Below are positions 21,195-31,011 of a stretch of 64,000 nucleotides of DNA, one piece after another. The stretch's first letter is position 1, and every line of letters starts with the position of its first letter. A program made the position numbers and the translations under genes. The DNA is from Chloroflexota bacterium. Lineage in GTDB: Bacteria; Chloroflexota; UBA11872; VXNJ01. Where the stretch lies: NCBI GenBank assembly GCA_965261345.1, contig OZ253449.1, positions 672,001-736,000 of the forward strand, read 5' to 3'. The notes beneath the pieces were generated by a model. The model saw nothing but the letters and a program-made list of their open reading frames with translations, did no database searches and was not told the DNA's origin.

Positions 21195-22142
21195 TTAAGG
21201 GACGGTCGAAAGGAAATTGGCGATCACCCGGGCCAGGGCCCGAGGGCGTTCGAGCTGGACTAAGTGGCCGCAATCGGAATACTCCACCCGCGTGCACGCG
21301 GGCAGGCGCTCAAGCAAGCGCCGGGTAGCGGCCGTGTCGCAGGCCGCGTCCTTTTCGCCCAGCACCGCCAGAACCGGAGTCGCAATCTCGGGCAACAGCG
21401 GCTCGACGCCGGAAGGGTTAAGGTGTTCGATCATTTCAAAGCAGGCATTTGCATACCTTGGCGACCCGAACGGAAGAAACTGCTCGTCGATTACCTCCTC
21501 GGTTACAAGACGGTCCTCGGCCGTTCCCAGGCGATTGGCCAACGCCACCGCCTGGCGGGTGGCCATTAGGCGCCCGCCCAGGTTGGCGATGGGGCGAAGG
21601 CGGGCCAGTGCCATCAGCAGGGCGGTTGCCCGGGTCGGGGCTAGAAACGGCGACACCAGTATGAGCGCCTTGACCTTTTCGGCGGCAAGTATTGCGGCGG
21701 TGAGCGCGACCGGCGCCGAGGCCGAACTGGTAAGAAGCACCGCACGGTCGATTGCCAACCGACTCATGACGCCCAGCACCCGCCGGGCCTGGGCAGTGGC
21801 CCGGTAGTCGGCTCCCGCCGGTTTGTCGGCCAGGCCATAGCCGGGTGGGTCCACCAGCAGCCATCGATAATCTGGCTCGAATTCGGCCGCCAGCGGCCGC
21901 CAGGAGTTGGCCGACCCGGCAAAACCCGGCAATGCCAGCAATGGTGGTCCATGGCCGATCGATTCAACGACCGCCCTTCCCGATCCAGAATCGACGAACG
22001 ACTCCGGGGCTAGGCGTTGGTCCGGCTCGATCGCAATCGGGCGGAGGCCCCAGCGTTCAAGCGGATTGCGCGAGCGCGAGCGCAAGGATGCCAAACCCAA
22101 TCGCGGCGCAAAACGGGTGGGCGGAGTCGAGATCGTGGCCAT
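21195..22142 (-). CDS. Alpha/beta fold hydrolase (atypical nucleophile elbow)
   Basis: LPGFAGS, DPPGYGLAD, GEKD, CGHLVQLERP. Elbow reads TSSAS rather than GxSxG. SD GAAGGGAG before ATG 22142. Confidence 0.8.
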   Translation of the reverse strand: MATISTPPTRFAPRLGLASLRSRSRNPLERWGLRPIAIEPDQRLAPESFVDSGSGRAVVESIGHGPPLLALPGFAGSANSWRPLAAEFEPDYRWLLVDPPGYGLADKPAGADYRATAQARRVLGVMSRLAIDRAVLLTSSASAPVALTAAILAAEKVKALILVSPFLAPTRATALLMALARLRPIANLGGRLMATRQAVALANRLGTAEDRLVTEEVIDEQFLPFGSPRYANACFEMIEHLNPSGVEPLLPEIATPVLAVLGEKDAACDTAATRRLLERLPACTRVEYSDCGHLVQLERPRALARVIANFLSTVP

Positions 22143-22355
22143 CGTTCTCCCTTCAATGCCAGACATTGATCATTTCAAAATTTAATACAAGCCGCCGCAG
22201 GATGATCCAAATTTTCCGGCGATCGAAATTCCCAATGCGCCGCCAGCGACTAGAATTCCGAGGCTCCGGCAACTGGCCGTGGGTCGCCGAATGCCTTTCT
22301 GTCGCCGGTCTCAGATTCGACACGTCGACAAACCCGCAGGAAGGAACCACCTGCC

Positions 22356-22706
22356 TTGCAAAAATACGAGATCGTGGCGCTCTTTGAGGCCGCCGCCGAT
22401 GGCATCGAGGCTTCGCCCGAGCAGCTGTCGATGCTCTCCGGGCACGTTACCGCCAATGGCGGATCGATAACTTCGATCCACCAATGGGGCCGGCGACGAC
22501 TGGCCTATGAGATCGACAAGCGTCGCGAAGCGTTCTACGCGCTCTTTAAGGTCGACATCGACCCGCCGGCGATCCAATCGGTCCAGGAGGCCCTCAGGCT
22601 CGAGTCCAACCTGGTTCGATTCCTCTTCGCCAAGGATGAGGGCGGGCTCGGCCCGATTCTCGAAGACGAACATCCCACCGAGACGCGAGCCGACGATGAA
22701 CGATGA
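22356..22706 (+). CDS. rpsF: 30S ribosomal protein S6
   Basis: KYEIVALF, WGRRRLAYEI, LVRFL; TTG start after GGAAGG; precedes ssb-rpsR. Confidence 0.95.
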   Translation: MQKYEIVALFEAAADGIEASPEQLSMLSGHVTANGGSITSIHQWGRRRLAYEIDKRREAFYALFKVDIDPPAIQSVQEALRLESNLVRFLFAKDEGGLGPILEDEHPTETRADDER

Positions 22707-23241
22707 CGGCCGCCCGCGCCGTTCACGCGGGGTCAAGAACATTACCCTGGTCGGTAACCTGGGTTCTGACCCCGACAAACGTTTCACCCAAAACGGGCGT
22801 GAATACTCGAGTTTTTCAATGGCGGTCAACGACAACGTACGCGGGCCCGACGGGCAGTGGACCGAGCATGCCGACTGGTTCCGGATCACCGCCTGGGGGC
22901 GGCTTGCCGAAATCGCCAATCAATACTTGACCCGCGGTTCCCGGATATATGTGTCCGGCCGCTTCCGAACCCGCGATTGGCAGGGCAACGACGGGCAGAC
23001 TCGCACTTCGATGGAGGTCTCGGCGTCCGAACTGCTAATGCTCTCGGGCGATCGCGAATCCAGCTCGGGGGCGCCTCCCGGCCGCGCCTCCCGACCAAGC
23101 TCGGGAGCGGTCGAATCGTGGGAGCGGGCAGGACGGGGACAGTCAACGCAACCGCGCCCGGCCGACTCGCCGCAACCGCGCCCGGCCGACTCGCCGCAAC
23201 CGCGCGAGAAAGAAATCGACATTGACGACCTGCCGTTTTAG
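22696..23241 (+). CDS. ssb: Single-stranded DNA-binding protein
   Basis: [33 protein letters not shown], acidic tail IDDLPF. Start taken at ATG 22696, overlapping the end of rpsF. Confidence 0.96.
   Translation: MNDDGRPRRSRGVKNITLVGNLGSDPDKRFTQNGREYSSFSMAVNDNVRGPDGQWTEHADWFRITAWGRLAEIANQYLTRGSRIYVSGRFRTRDWQGNDGQTRTSMEVSASELLMLSGDRESSSGAPPGRASRPSSGAVESWERAGRGQSTQPRPADSPQPRPADSPQPREKEIDIDDLPF
23147..23205 (+). repeat. 24-bp tandem repeat, 2.5 copies, in the SSB linker (QPRPADSP)
   Basis: CGCAACCGCGCCCGGCCGACTCGC repeated exactly. Confidence 0.95.
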
Positions 23242-23297
23242 GGCGCCTAAACGGCGCCAGGCAAATCCACCAATCGAATAGAACGGACTTATTAAAT

Positions 23298-23684
23298 ATG
23301 GACAACAGGCCACCTCGCGATAACGCGACCTCCGACCGCGACAGTGATCGCGGGCGAGAACGCGGTGATCGCGGGCGAGAACGCGGTGATCGCGGGCGAG
23401 AACGCGGTGATCGCGGCCGAAGCGGCGAGCGCGAGAACGACAGCCGGGACCAAGCTGACGGACGGCGGCGGCGGCGCGGCGTCATCGGGCACGTGTTTGA
23501 GCCCGGCGAGGACGTGATCCTCGACTACAAGGACGTTGATCGGATCCGCAACTTCCTGGCCCCATCCGGCAAGATACTGGCCCGCCGCCAGACCGGCCTG
23601 GACGCCAAGCAGCAACGTCGCCTGAGCCGGGCGATCAAGCGGGCGCGTTTCCTGGCGCTATTGCCATTTACGCAGCGACGCTGA
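23298..23684 (+). CDS. rpsR: 30S ribosomal protein S18 with repetitive N-terminal extension
   Basis: [36 protein letters not shown]. Confidence 0.97.
   Translation: MDNRPPRDNATSDRDSDRGRERGDRGRERGDRGRERGDRGRSGERENDSRDQADGRRRRRGVIGHVFEPGEDVILDYKDVDRIRNFLAPSGKILARRQTGLDAKQQRRLSRAIKRARFLALLPFTQRR
23344..23416 (+). repeat. 21-bp tandem repeat, 3.5 copies, in rpsR (DRGRERG)
   Basis: GTGATCGCGGGCGAGAACGCG repeated exactly three times plus a partial copy. Confidence 0.95.
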
Positions 23685-23709
23685 GCATACCGGCGGCGTT
23701 CGATCGCAA

Positions 23710-24885
23710 ATGGCGCGAGATCAGGATCGGCCCCACAACAAGAGTCAACTGCGCCGCGAACGCCGCGAGCAGGATCGGGTAGTCCAACGCACTCGGACCG
23801 CTGCTGAGTCAAAGTTGGCCTGGCGGCAATTGCCGCGGGCCCTGTCCAACTGGAATCAGCAGCCCGAGCGGACTCGCACACAGGCCGGCAACAAGCTGGT
23901 CCAGATCTTTGCTTGGATCATCGCCATTGTCCTTGCCGGAATCCTGGGTTGGATGCTCTACTACGCCCGCTTCGGGGTTGCCAACAGCGTCCAGGCTCAG
24001 GTCGGGGAGACCCGCTTTACTCTCCGTCAGCTGGCCGTCGAGCGAGACCTGCAGCGCTGGTGGGCACTGTCTGAGCTCAACCGGCTGGCGACCGCGACTC
24101 CGGAATTTGCCGAATACGAGGGCACAGAGGACACCGATCGGCTGGCTCGCTCCTTTTTTGCCGCCGACGACGTGGCGGTGGACCGGCTGATCAATCGCCA
24201 GTTGTTGTTCGACCAGCTCGTTGGCGATGAGTATCCGGCCCTCACCGAATACCAGGTACTGCTGGCCGAATATGTAAACCTGAGCACGGAATCTGAATTG
24301 GACGGATTGGCCCGGTCAATCGGGGTGGAACCGGAACAATTGACCGCGCATCTGCGGGGGCAGGCGCTGCTTGACCGCGCGGTTGACCAAGCCCGTGCGG
24401 CGGTACCGGTTGAAGCCGATCAGGCTCGATTGCTAATCGTGCGTTCTTCCGACCGCGATTTACTTGAGGGAATCGCGGCGCAATTGGAAGCCGGTGAACG
24501 CGAACGAGTCGTTGCCGAGGATGCCGACGACGAAGCGTATACCGTTTTCGACTTCGGCTGGAGCGTACGCGAACGAGTTGCTCCTGAATACGTTGATTCG
24601 GTGTGGGAGCAACAGGTTGGTTCCACCCAGTTATTTACCGTCGAAGATGCCAGCGATATCCTCTTTTTCATGGAGGAGTTCGAGGTGCTGCGGCCGATTG
24701 ATGCCGACACCCTCGGCGAGTTGCAGGTCCAATCTGAAGACCGGTTCTACATCGGGCTGCGCGGCAGCAGGGAATGGTCGACCGAGGACCTCTCGCCGAC
24801 CGCCGAAACCTGGTTGGAGGACAACGGCATACCGCTCCCGCAGCCTAACGAGCGGGTTACCCAGCACTACGGGATCGCGCTCTAG
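23710..24885 (+). CDS. Membrane-anchored SurA/PrsA-like protein with degenerate parvulin domain
   Basis: Basic N-terminus, one TM helix, acidic helical region (VDRLINRQLL), and ARLLIV...DFGWSVRERVAPEYVDSVWEQQVG resembling a rotamase domain. Confidence 0.6.
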   Translation: MARDQDRPHNKSQLRRERREQDRVVQRTRTAAESKLAWRQLPRALSNWNQQPERTRTQAGNKLVQIFAWIIAIVLAGILGWMLYYARFGVANSVQAQVGETRFTLRQLAVERDLQRWWALSELNRLATATPEFAEYEGTEDTDRLARSFFAADDVAVDRLINRQLLFDQLVGDEYPALTEYQVLLAEYVNLSTESELDGLARSIGVEPEQLTAHLRGQALLDRAVDQARAAVPVEADQARLLIVRSSDRDLLEGIAAQLEAGERERVVAEDADDEAYTVFDFGWSVRERVAPEYVDSVWEQQVGSTQLFTVEDASDILFFMEEFEVLRPIDADTLGELQVQSEDRFYIGLRGSREWSTEDLSPTAETWLEDNGIPLPQPNERVTQHYGIAL

Positions 24886-24932
24886 CCAGCCCGAATTGGA
24901 GCGCAGATCGGCAATGGCGGCTGCTTGCTAGG

Positions 24933-26237
24933 TCACGGGCGGTTGTGATCGGATCGACTATCTTGCCACTCAAATTGTTGCCGACCGATGGCAACCGTAT
25001 CGCCGGTGACCGCACCAGCCCGCCGCAAAGCGGACATCGCCCCATACCGCTCAAGCTGCCGCCAATACCAGGCGAGGGCTTCTGGTACTGCGAAATTGAC
25101 CCGATCGGTTAGCCTCTCAACTTCCGATCCGGACAATTTGAAGCGCCCGGGGCCGGCCGGCTCGACCATCAATGGACGTGAATCCGCACCTGGGATCAGG
25201 ATCGGCAACTGGTCCGCTGGCAACTTCAGGATCGGTTCTGGAGCCGCCGCCGCCCCGGCGAAGGCGGCCGCCAGCAGCGGGAGTAATCCCTGACCGGTTA
25301 CCGCCGAAATCGGGAACGCCTCGACCCCAATGTCGCTTAGCTGTCGGCGAAAACCGGGCCAGGCACGCTGCGCTGACAACGTGTCAATCTTGTTGGCCGC
25401 CACGATGTGCGGACGCTTGTCCAGCGGGTGCGGCGCCTTGGCCAATTCGGAGCGCACCGTCTGGTAGGAATCAAACGGGTCGCCGGACTCCGTCGACAAA
25501 TCGACCACCTGAATCAGGAATCGGGTGCGCTCGAGATTGCGCAGGAATTCGTCACCTAGACCGTGTCCCAAATGTGACCCGGCAATGAGGCCCGGGGCAT
25601 CGGCAAAAACCAGCTGTTGGTCGCCCAACCGCACGACCCCAAGCACCGGGTGCATGGTGGAAAAAGGGAATGCGGCAACCATCGGGCGGGCAGCCGAAAC
25701 CACCGAGAGCAAAGAGGATTTGCCGGCGTTGGGTTCACCCGCCAACCCGACCTCGGCCATCATCTTCAGCTCCAAGCGGATTCGGCGCGATTGCCCGCGA
25801 TCGCCCTTCAGGGCGATTCGCGGCGTCTGGCGAATCGAACTCTTGAAGTGAGTATTTCCGATCCCGCCGTCGCCGCCGCGGGCCACGATAAGCGTCTGGG
25901 CGGCGGCCGTCAGATCGCCGAGCAGCGAATTGGTTTCCGCGTCGAAAACCACCGTTCCGCAGGGCACCTCCAGCACCATATCCTCGCCCTGGCGGCCACT
26001 GGCCCGATTGCGCCCTCCGGCCCCGCCAGCCGCAGCCGCGAACCGCTTTTCGTGAATGAATTGCAGGAGCGTATTCTCACCGGAGTTGGCCCGCAGGATC
26101 ACGTGCCCGCCACGGCCGCCGTCACCGCCCGCCGGCCCGCCGCGAGGTACGTATTTTTCGCGCCGCAGCCAGGCCGATCCGGCACCGCCGCGTCCCGCTG
26201 TAACGGATATGGTGGCGGAATCAATAAAACTGGTCAT
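24933..26237 (-). CDS. obgE: GTPase Obg/CgtA
   Basis: FIDSATISVTAGRGG, REKYVPRGGPAGGDGG, GEPNAGKSS, DAPG, NKID, C-terminal OCT domain. Confidence 0.97.
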   Translation of the reverse strand: MTSFIDSATISVTAGRGGAGSAWLRREKYVPRGGPAGGDGGRGGHVILRANSGENTLLQFIHEKRFAAAAGGAGGRNRASGRQGEDMVLEVPCGTVVFDAETNSLLGDLTAAAQTLIVARGGDGGIGNTHFKSSIRQTPRIALKGDRGQSRRIRLELKMMAEVGLAGEPNAGKSSLLSVVSAARPMVAAFPFSTMHPVLGVVRLGDQQLVFADAPGLIAGSHLGHGLGDEFLRNLERTRFLIQVVDLSTESGDPFDSYQTVRSELAKAPHPLDKRPHIVAANKIDTLSAQRAWPGFRRQLSDIGVEAFPISAVTGQGLLPLLAAAFAGAAAAPEPILKLPADQLPILIPGADSRPLMVEPAGPGRFKLSGSEVERLTDRVNFAVPEALAWYWRQLERYGAMSALRRAGAVTGDTVAIGRQQFEWQDSRSDHNRP

Positions 26238-26645
26238 CGACCGCCTTCGTTATTGGAGGCAATCGGGATGCGAGGCATGTGAGCGACGGCCGAGCGCGCG
26301 CCGCTGCTGCCGAATACCCGCAGCCAGCCATCAGGATTTGAGACCGGGCCGATCATTGGTTGGCGGCCATGATCGACAGCACGCTGTCGATACACGCCCG
26401 CCATTCGAATTTGCATCCGGAACTATTCGCTATAGGCTGGAAATTGAGGCACCATTAAAGGAAATTCTCCGAAGATATCCAAGCGGCTGCGAAAGCGACC
26501 CGGCGCCAGCCCACTGGCTCGCCCCTGGGCCGACCAGCAGAGCGCTGCCGGCAGCATTGGGTCCGAGCCATTGCGTTTGTGGGCGGATTTGGCGGGGGGG
26601 GTTGCCGCCGTCGGGCCAGCCGGCGATAGTCGAGATTGATCGCGG

Positions 26646-27251
26646 GTGCCAGCATCTAGATCCCGGAAAAACGCCGAGTTTCTTTTTGCGGCGGCGGCGG
26701 CTTGTACGACTTGCCCCGGCATGGAGGGGCGCAGACGGGTGCTGTCGTGGTCCAACGGCCCGCTGGCGGCCAGTTTGCTAGTGGTTGCCGAGGCGCCGGG
26801 AGCGCGTGGCGCCGAGCGCACCGGGGTCCCGTTGAGCGGGGACCGGAGCGGGGACAATTTCGATTTACTGCTCGATAGTTGTGGACTGAGTCGGGAACGG
26901 GTTTTTGTCACCAACGCGGTAATTTGCAATCCGCAAAGTCCCAATGGCGCCAATCGCCGCCCGACCCGCACCGAAATCGCCGCCTGTTCGGGTTGGTTGG
27001 CCAAAACGATCGCACTCGTCGATCCGCTGGTGGTTGCGACCCTGGGGACGGTGGCATTGGGCGCCCTGGAGGCCATCTGCCCGCACGGATTGAGCTTGGC
27101 CTACGCGGGCCGGCCACGGGCATGGTTCGGCCGCACCCTGTTTCCGTTGTATCACCCGTCACCAAGAGTTGTAAATTCCCATCGACGCTGGCCCCAGCAG
27201 GTTGCCGACTGGCAACGTTTGGCCCAATTGGTCGAAAATGGCGGCAGTTAG
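26646..27251 (+). CDS. Uracil-DNA glycosylase, family 4/5 (Fe-S)
   Basis: CTTC, AEAPG, VTNAVICNP...NRRPT..EI..C, LYHPSP. Confidence 0.9.
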   Translation: MPASRSRKNAEFLFAAAAACTTCPGMEGRRRVLSWSNGPLAASLLVVAEAPGARGAERTGVPLSGDRSGDNFDLLLDSCGLSRERVFVTNAVICNPQSPNGANRRPTRTEIAACSGWLAKTIALVDPLVVATLGTVALGALEAICPHGLSLAYAGRPRAWFGRTLFPLYHPSPRVVNSHRRWPQQVADWQRLAQLVENGGS

Positions 27252-27290
27252 AAACGTGAATATCTAAAAAACACCGGACGCAGCTACAAA

Positions 27291-27818
27291 TTGAATATCG
27301 AAGATCACATTCGCACCGTTCCCGATTTCCCGATCCCAGGGATATTGTTCAAGGACATAACGCCGCTGCTCCTCAATGGCGCCGCCTTCGCACAGTCAAT
27401 CGCCGAATTGGCCGAACCGTTTAGGGCTGACCCGCCGGATGTAATAGCCGCCGCCGAGGCCCGCGGTTGGATATTTGCCGCCGCGATGGCCCCACTGCTG
27501 GGCAGATGCGGGATCGCCCTGGTGCGAAAACAGGGTAAATTGCCGGCGGCAGCGTTTTCGCACACCTACCAACTTGAATACGGCAGCGCCACCATCGAAA
27601 TGCATCGCGATTCAATTGCCAGCGGCCAACGGGTGCTGTTGGTTGACGATTTGCTGGCAACCGGCGGCACTCTGGCCGCGGTCGAAAAACTCATTTCCCG
27701 GCTCGGCGGGGAAATCATGGGAGCAGCCTTTTTGGTCGAACTGGATTTCCTAAACGGCCGCGACGAGCTAGGTGACTACCCGGTCCACAGCCTGATCCAC
27801 TACGGGGCCGGCGAGTAA
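27291..27818 (+). CDS. apt: Adenine phosphoribosyltransferase
   Basis: VPDFPIPGILFKDITPLL, EARGWIF, RKQGKLP, LEYG, VDDLLATGGT. Confidence 0.97.
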   Translation: MNIEDHIRTVPDFPIPGILFKDITPLLLNGAAFAQSIAELAEPFRADPPDVIAAAEARGWIFAAAMAPLLGRCGIALVRKQGKLPAAAFSHTYQLEYGSATIEMHRDSIASGQRVLLVDDLLATGGTLAAVEKLISRLGGEIMGAAFLVELDFLNGRDELGDYPVHSLIHYGAGE

Positions 27819-28928
27819 TCGACCGCCCCGGACAACCCGGGAAACCCAGCGCTGCGGATCGGCGATTTCGTCCATGCTGGGCAGGTTTTGCGGACGCGCC
27901 CAGACCAATTCGAGGCTCCCTGGGATTGAGTTCTCGACCACGAGCTGACAAAAGCGCTCACCCTGGCCGTACTGTTCCAATTTCAGCTCAAGCCCCATCA
28001 GCTTGACTAGCAAGCCGGTGATCAACGAGCGCGACTGGACGCGCGCCTGCATGCGCTGATTTATCAATTGCCAGTTGGGTAGATGGTCCCTGGCAACTCG
28101 GCGCATGACCCAGTTGGCATAGCCTTCAAGCACGCTCATGCAAGCTTGGAGGTCGGCCACAATCGCCCGCTGCTGATCACTGAGGGCGAAAGATAGGATG
28201 CCTGGCCTGTCACCCGGGCCGTCCTGCCCGGACGCCTCGTCCCAGCCGCTGGTGAGAAATCTGGTAACCAGCGAGCGCAGATGCGGAGCAAGCCAGGCGG
28301 CTCGCTCAAATTCCAGGGCGTGGGTCATCTCATGGAGGACTACCCAGCGCCAGAGCTGCTCCCTATCCACCCGTATGCGATCGGCCAACCTGGCCACATT
28401 GGACTCAACTACGAAGGTCGTACCGCCGCCGCCGTATAGCGGAAGGTCAAATTGCCCCAATACCCGCGGGGCCAGAAATCCCAACAGCACGCCGATTTGC
28501 ACGCCGATCGCGGCGCGCGCCAAAGGGTTGGCCATCGCCGGTGAAGAACTCTGCGCCAGCGGTTGCAGCATCTGGGCAAAGCGGGTCAGATTCAAATCTA
28601 TCCAGGCGTCCTGGTCGATTGCCTCGGCGCGCGGTTGGCACTGCCAGTCAACCTGCAGTAATTCGGCGATCTGGTCGGCGCTTTGCCGCCCGGCCGCGTT
28701 GGTCCACAGTCGGTCATAACTGAAATCGGGACCTCGGCGGCGGGTCGCCCGGGCGACCCGCCGGGCCAGCCCGAAGTCAAATAACGAATCGCCGATCCAC
28801 CAGGTTCGCGTTGCCTCGGTCAGCAACCGAGAGGCCGAATAACCCGCCCCCAGCAGCAGCGGCGCCAGTGGCAGCAGGGCCCGTGCCAGCGAAGGGAAGA
28901 TTTCAGGTTTTATTCGTCGACGAACCAA
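27768..28928 (-). CDS. Zinc-dependent metalloprotease (DUF2342 / F420 biosynthesis-associated zincin)
   Basis: RVLGQFD, LHEMTHALEF (HExxH), MSVLEGYA, KLEQYGQGERF, NLPSMDEIADPQRW. Confidence 0.85.
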   Translation of the reverse strand: MVRRRIKPEIFPSLARALLPLAPLLLGAGYSASRLLTEATRTWWIGDSLFDFGLARRVARATRRRGPDFSYDRLWTNAAGRQSADQIAELLQVDWQCQPRAEAIDQDAWIDLNLTRFAQMLQPLAQSSSPAMANPLARAAIGVQIGVLLGFLAPRVLGQFDLPLYGGGGTTFVVESNVARLADRIRVDREQLWRWVVLHEMTHALEFERAAWLAPHLRSLVTRFLTSGWDEASGQDGPGDRPGILSFALSDQQRAIVADLQACMSVLEGYANWVMRRVARDHLPNWQLINQRMQARVQSRSLITGLLVKLMGLELKLEQYGQGERFCQLVVENSIPGSLELVWARPQNLPSMDEIADPQRWVSRVVRGGRLLAGPVVDQAVDRVVT

Positions 28929-29182
28929 ATGTGCAGCCGCTGGTGATCGATTTCCATCGGATGGGGCAGATTGTCACGATAGAGCCGTATTCGCAACCGG
29001 CCATCGGCACGCATAAAAACGGTCGCCGAGTAACCCTCTGGATATAGCATGCGGAGGTGTTGCCCGCCGCGTCCGTCCGGAGTTGCCTCCATTTCCCATT
29101 CGCCCGCTACCGGCGGCACGACATACCAATCTCCCTGCGGTAGGTTGGCCGATTGGGCAGTATTGTCTTGGGGCGCAATCAT
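28910..29182 (-). CDS. Hypothetical 90-aa protein
   Basis: ATG-started ORF with globular composition, overlapping the start of the zincin gene; divergent from thyX. Confidence 0.6.
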   Translation of the reverse strand: MIAPQDNTAQSANLPQGDWYVVPPVAGEWEMEATPDGRGGQHLRMLYPEGYSATVFMRADGRLRIRLYRDNLPHPMEIDHQRLHIWFVDE

Positions 29183-29214
29183 TGTCAGCTAGTCATTTAG
29201 CAACAGGCAAGATT

Positions 29215-30057
29215 ATGGGCGCCGGTACCAACAATGCAAAAATTTTTGGGCCCCAGATAAGCAAAGCGCGATCCGAAATCGACAACCTGGCAATAGTTAA
29301 CGAGCCGCAGGTGGTGCTCGTTGGGCGGCAACAACTCGTCGACGCCGGAACCGCCCAATTCTTGGCCGAACATGGCCTTGAATGGCAGTCCGACAGCGAC
29401 AGCGCGGGCGAACTTCTGGCCGAGGCCGGTGGGCGGCTTTGCTATATGTCGTTTGGCAAAGGGCGTAAGTCAAATCGCCAGTACCTGGGAAACATCATCG
29501 CCTCGGGCCACGGCAGCGTACTCGAACACGCGGTTTGGAATTTCATTTTCAGCGGCGTTTCACGCTCGTTCACGCACGAACTTATCCGGCATCGAGCCGG
29601 ATTCGGTTACAGTCAGCTCTCCCAGCGTTATGTCAACGCGGCACAGTCCGAGTTCGTCGAACCCTCGGTCATCGCCAACAACCCGAGCGCCCACCGCGTC
29701 TGGTTGGACGCGATCAGCACGGCGCAAAACGCCTACCGCGATCTGGCCAAGATTCTGCGCTCCGAGTTTGCCGACGTAAAGAGTCTCACCCTGCGCCGCA
29801 AGCTCGCCCGCCAGGCCGCCCGCTCGGTCCTGCCAAACGCCACCGAAACCAAGATATTCGTCACCGCCAATGCCCGCGCGCTGCGGCACTTTATCGAACT
29901 GCGCGGCAACGAACACGCCGAGACCGAGATTCGGCAGGTCGCTATCAAGGTGCTGGCGATCATGCAGCGCGAGGCGCCTAACCTGTTTGGCGACTATCGA
30001 CTCGAGCCGTTGCCCGATGGGACCCAACAGGCGGTAACCGACAACCGCAAGGTGTAA
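29215..30057 (+). CDS. thyX: FAD-dependent thymidylate synthase
   Basis: GHGSVLEH, RSFTHELIRHRAGFGYSQLSQRY, ARSVLPNA, NARALRHF. Start uncertain (ATG 29215 or CTG 29287). Confidence 0.96.
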   Translation: MGAGTNNAKIFGPQISKARSEIDNLAIVNEPQVVLVGRQQLVDAGTAQFLAEHGLEWQSDSDSAGELLAEAGGRLCYMSFGKGRKSNRQYLGNIIASGHGSVLEHAVWNFIFSGVSRSFTHELIRHRAGFGYSQLSQRYVNAAQSEFVEPSVIANNPSAHRVWLDAISTAQNAYRDLAKILRSEFADVKSLTLRRKLARQAARSVLPNATETKIFVTANARALRHFIELRGNEHAETEIRQVAIKVLAIMQREAPNLFGDYRLEPLPDGTQQAVTDNRKV

Positions 30058-30117
30058 TCGCAATCGACCGCCCGTAATATTGAAGCAATCCAAATTCCCT
30101 AGCAACGAGCCGGTGGC

Positions 30118-31011
30118 GTGAAGGTAATCGCGGTCAACCCGCGCGGGTATTGTCATGGCGTGGTCACCGCCATAACCATGGCGCGGAAGGCCGCCAAGTC
30201 GAGCGACGAGCCGATATACATGCTCGGTCACGTGGTGCATAACGAGCACATGACCAGCGAATTGCAGGATTTGGGGATTGGGCTGATTGATTCAGCCGAC
30301 CGGGTTGCCGGCCTAGATGAAGTCGAACACGGTACCGTCATATTCACTGCCCACGGCGTATCGCCGGCGGTCCGAGCCAAGGTCGCCGCCAAGGGCCTCA
30401 ATTCGCTCGATACAACCTGCGCTGACGTGAAGGTAACTCACGACCTGATCAATGATCTGGCGGACCGCGGATTTGACGTGGTCTACGTGGGACGCAACGG
30501 CCATCCGGAAGCTGATGGATGCCTGGGCGAGGCGCCGGGGCGCGTTCACCTGGTCGAAACCGTCGAAGACGTTGGCAGACTGCAGATTAGCAACCCGCGG
30601 TTGGCGCTCACTACCCAAACGACACTGGGCCTATGGGACACCGCCGCAGTCATCGCCGCGGCCCGCCAAAGATGGCCGCAAATAAAAATTTACAACGAGA
30701 TTTGCCGGGCCACCCAGGATCGCCAGGAAGCGGTGGTGCAGGCCGGGAGGAGTGCCGATCTGGTGGTCGTGGTGGGTTCGAATCGCAGCTCCAATTCGAA
30801 TCGTCTTGTCGAAGTGGTTCGGGAGCGTCTTGGCAAACCGGCCTACCTCGTGGACACGGCCGCCGAACTTTGCGATGAATGGTTCGCCGGAGCCGAAGCG
30901 GTCGCGGTCACCGCCGGGGCTTCAACCCCCTCACCCCTCGGCCGCGAGGTCATAAAAGTGCTTGAAAAATACCAACCGGGCCAGCAAATGCTCTGCGAGC
31001 TGTTGAATTGA
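30118..31011 (+). CDS. ispH: 4-hydroxy-3-methylbut-2-enyl diphosphate reductase
   Basis: PRGYCHGV, VHN, FTAHGV, DTTC, GHPE, TQTT, ICRATQDRQ, SSNS, AGASTP. Confidence 0.97.
   Translation: MKVIAVNPRGYCHGVVTAITMARKAAKSSDEPIYMLGHVVHNEHMTSELQDLGIGLIDSADRVAGLDEVEHGTVIFTAHGVSPAVRAKVAAKGLNSLDTTCADVKVTHDLINDLADRGFDVVYVGRNGHPEADGCLGEAPGRVHLVETVEDVGRLQISNPRLALTTQTTLGLWDTAAVIAAARQRWPQIKIYNEICRATQDRQEAVVQAGRSADLVVVVGSNRSSNSNRLVEVVRERLGKPAYLVDTAAELCDEWFAGAEAVAVTAGASTPSPLGREVIKVLEKYQPGQQMLCELLN

Noticed and set aside
23147-23416. Tandem repeats as a possible CRISPR array
   Set aside because: Head-to-tail with no spacers, in-frame within ssb and rpsR, and no cas genes.
29628-29638. Second dif-arm-like TTATGTCAACG
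   Set aside because: Inside the conserved thyX QRYVN coding motif, with no left arm.
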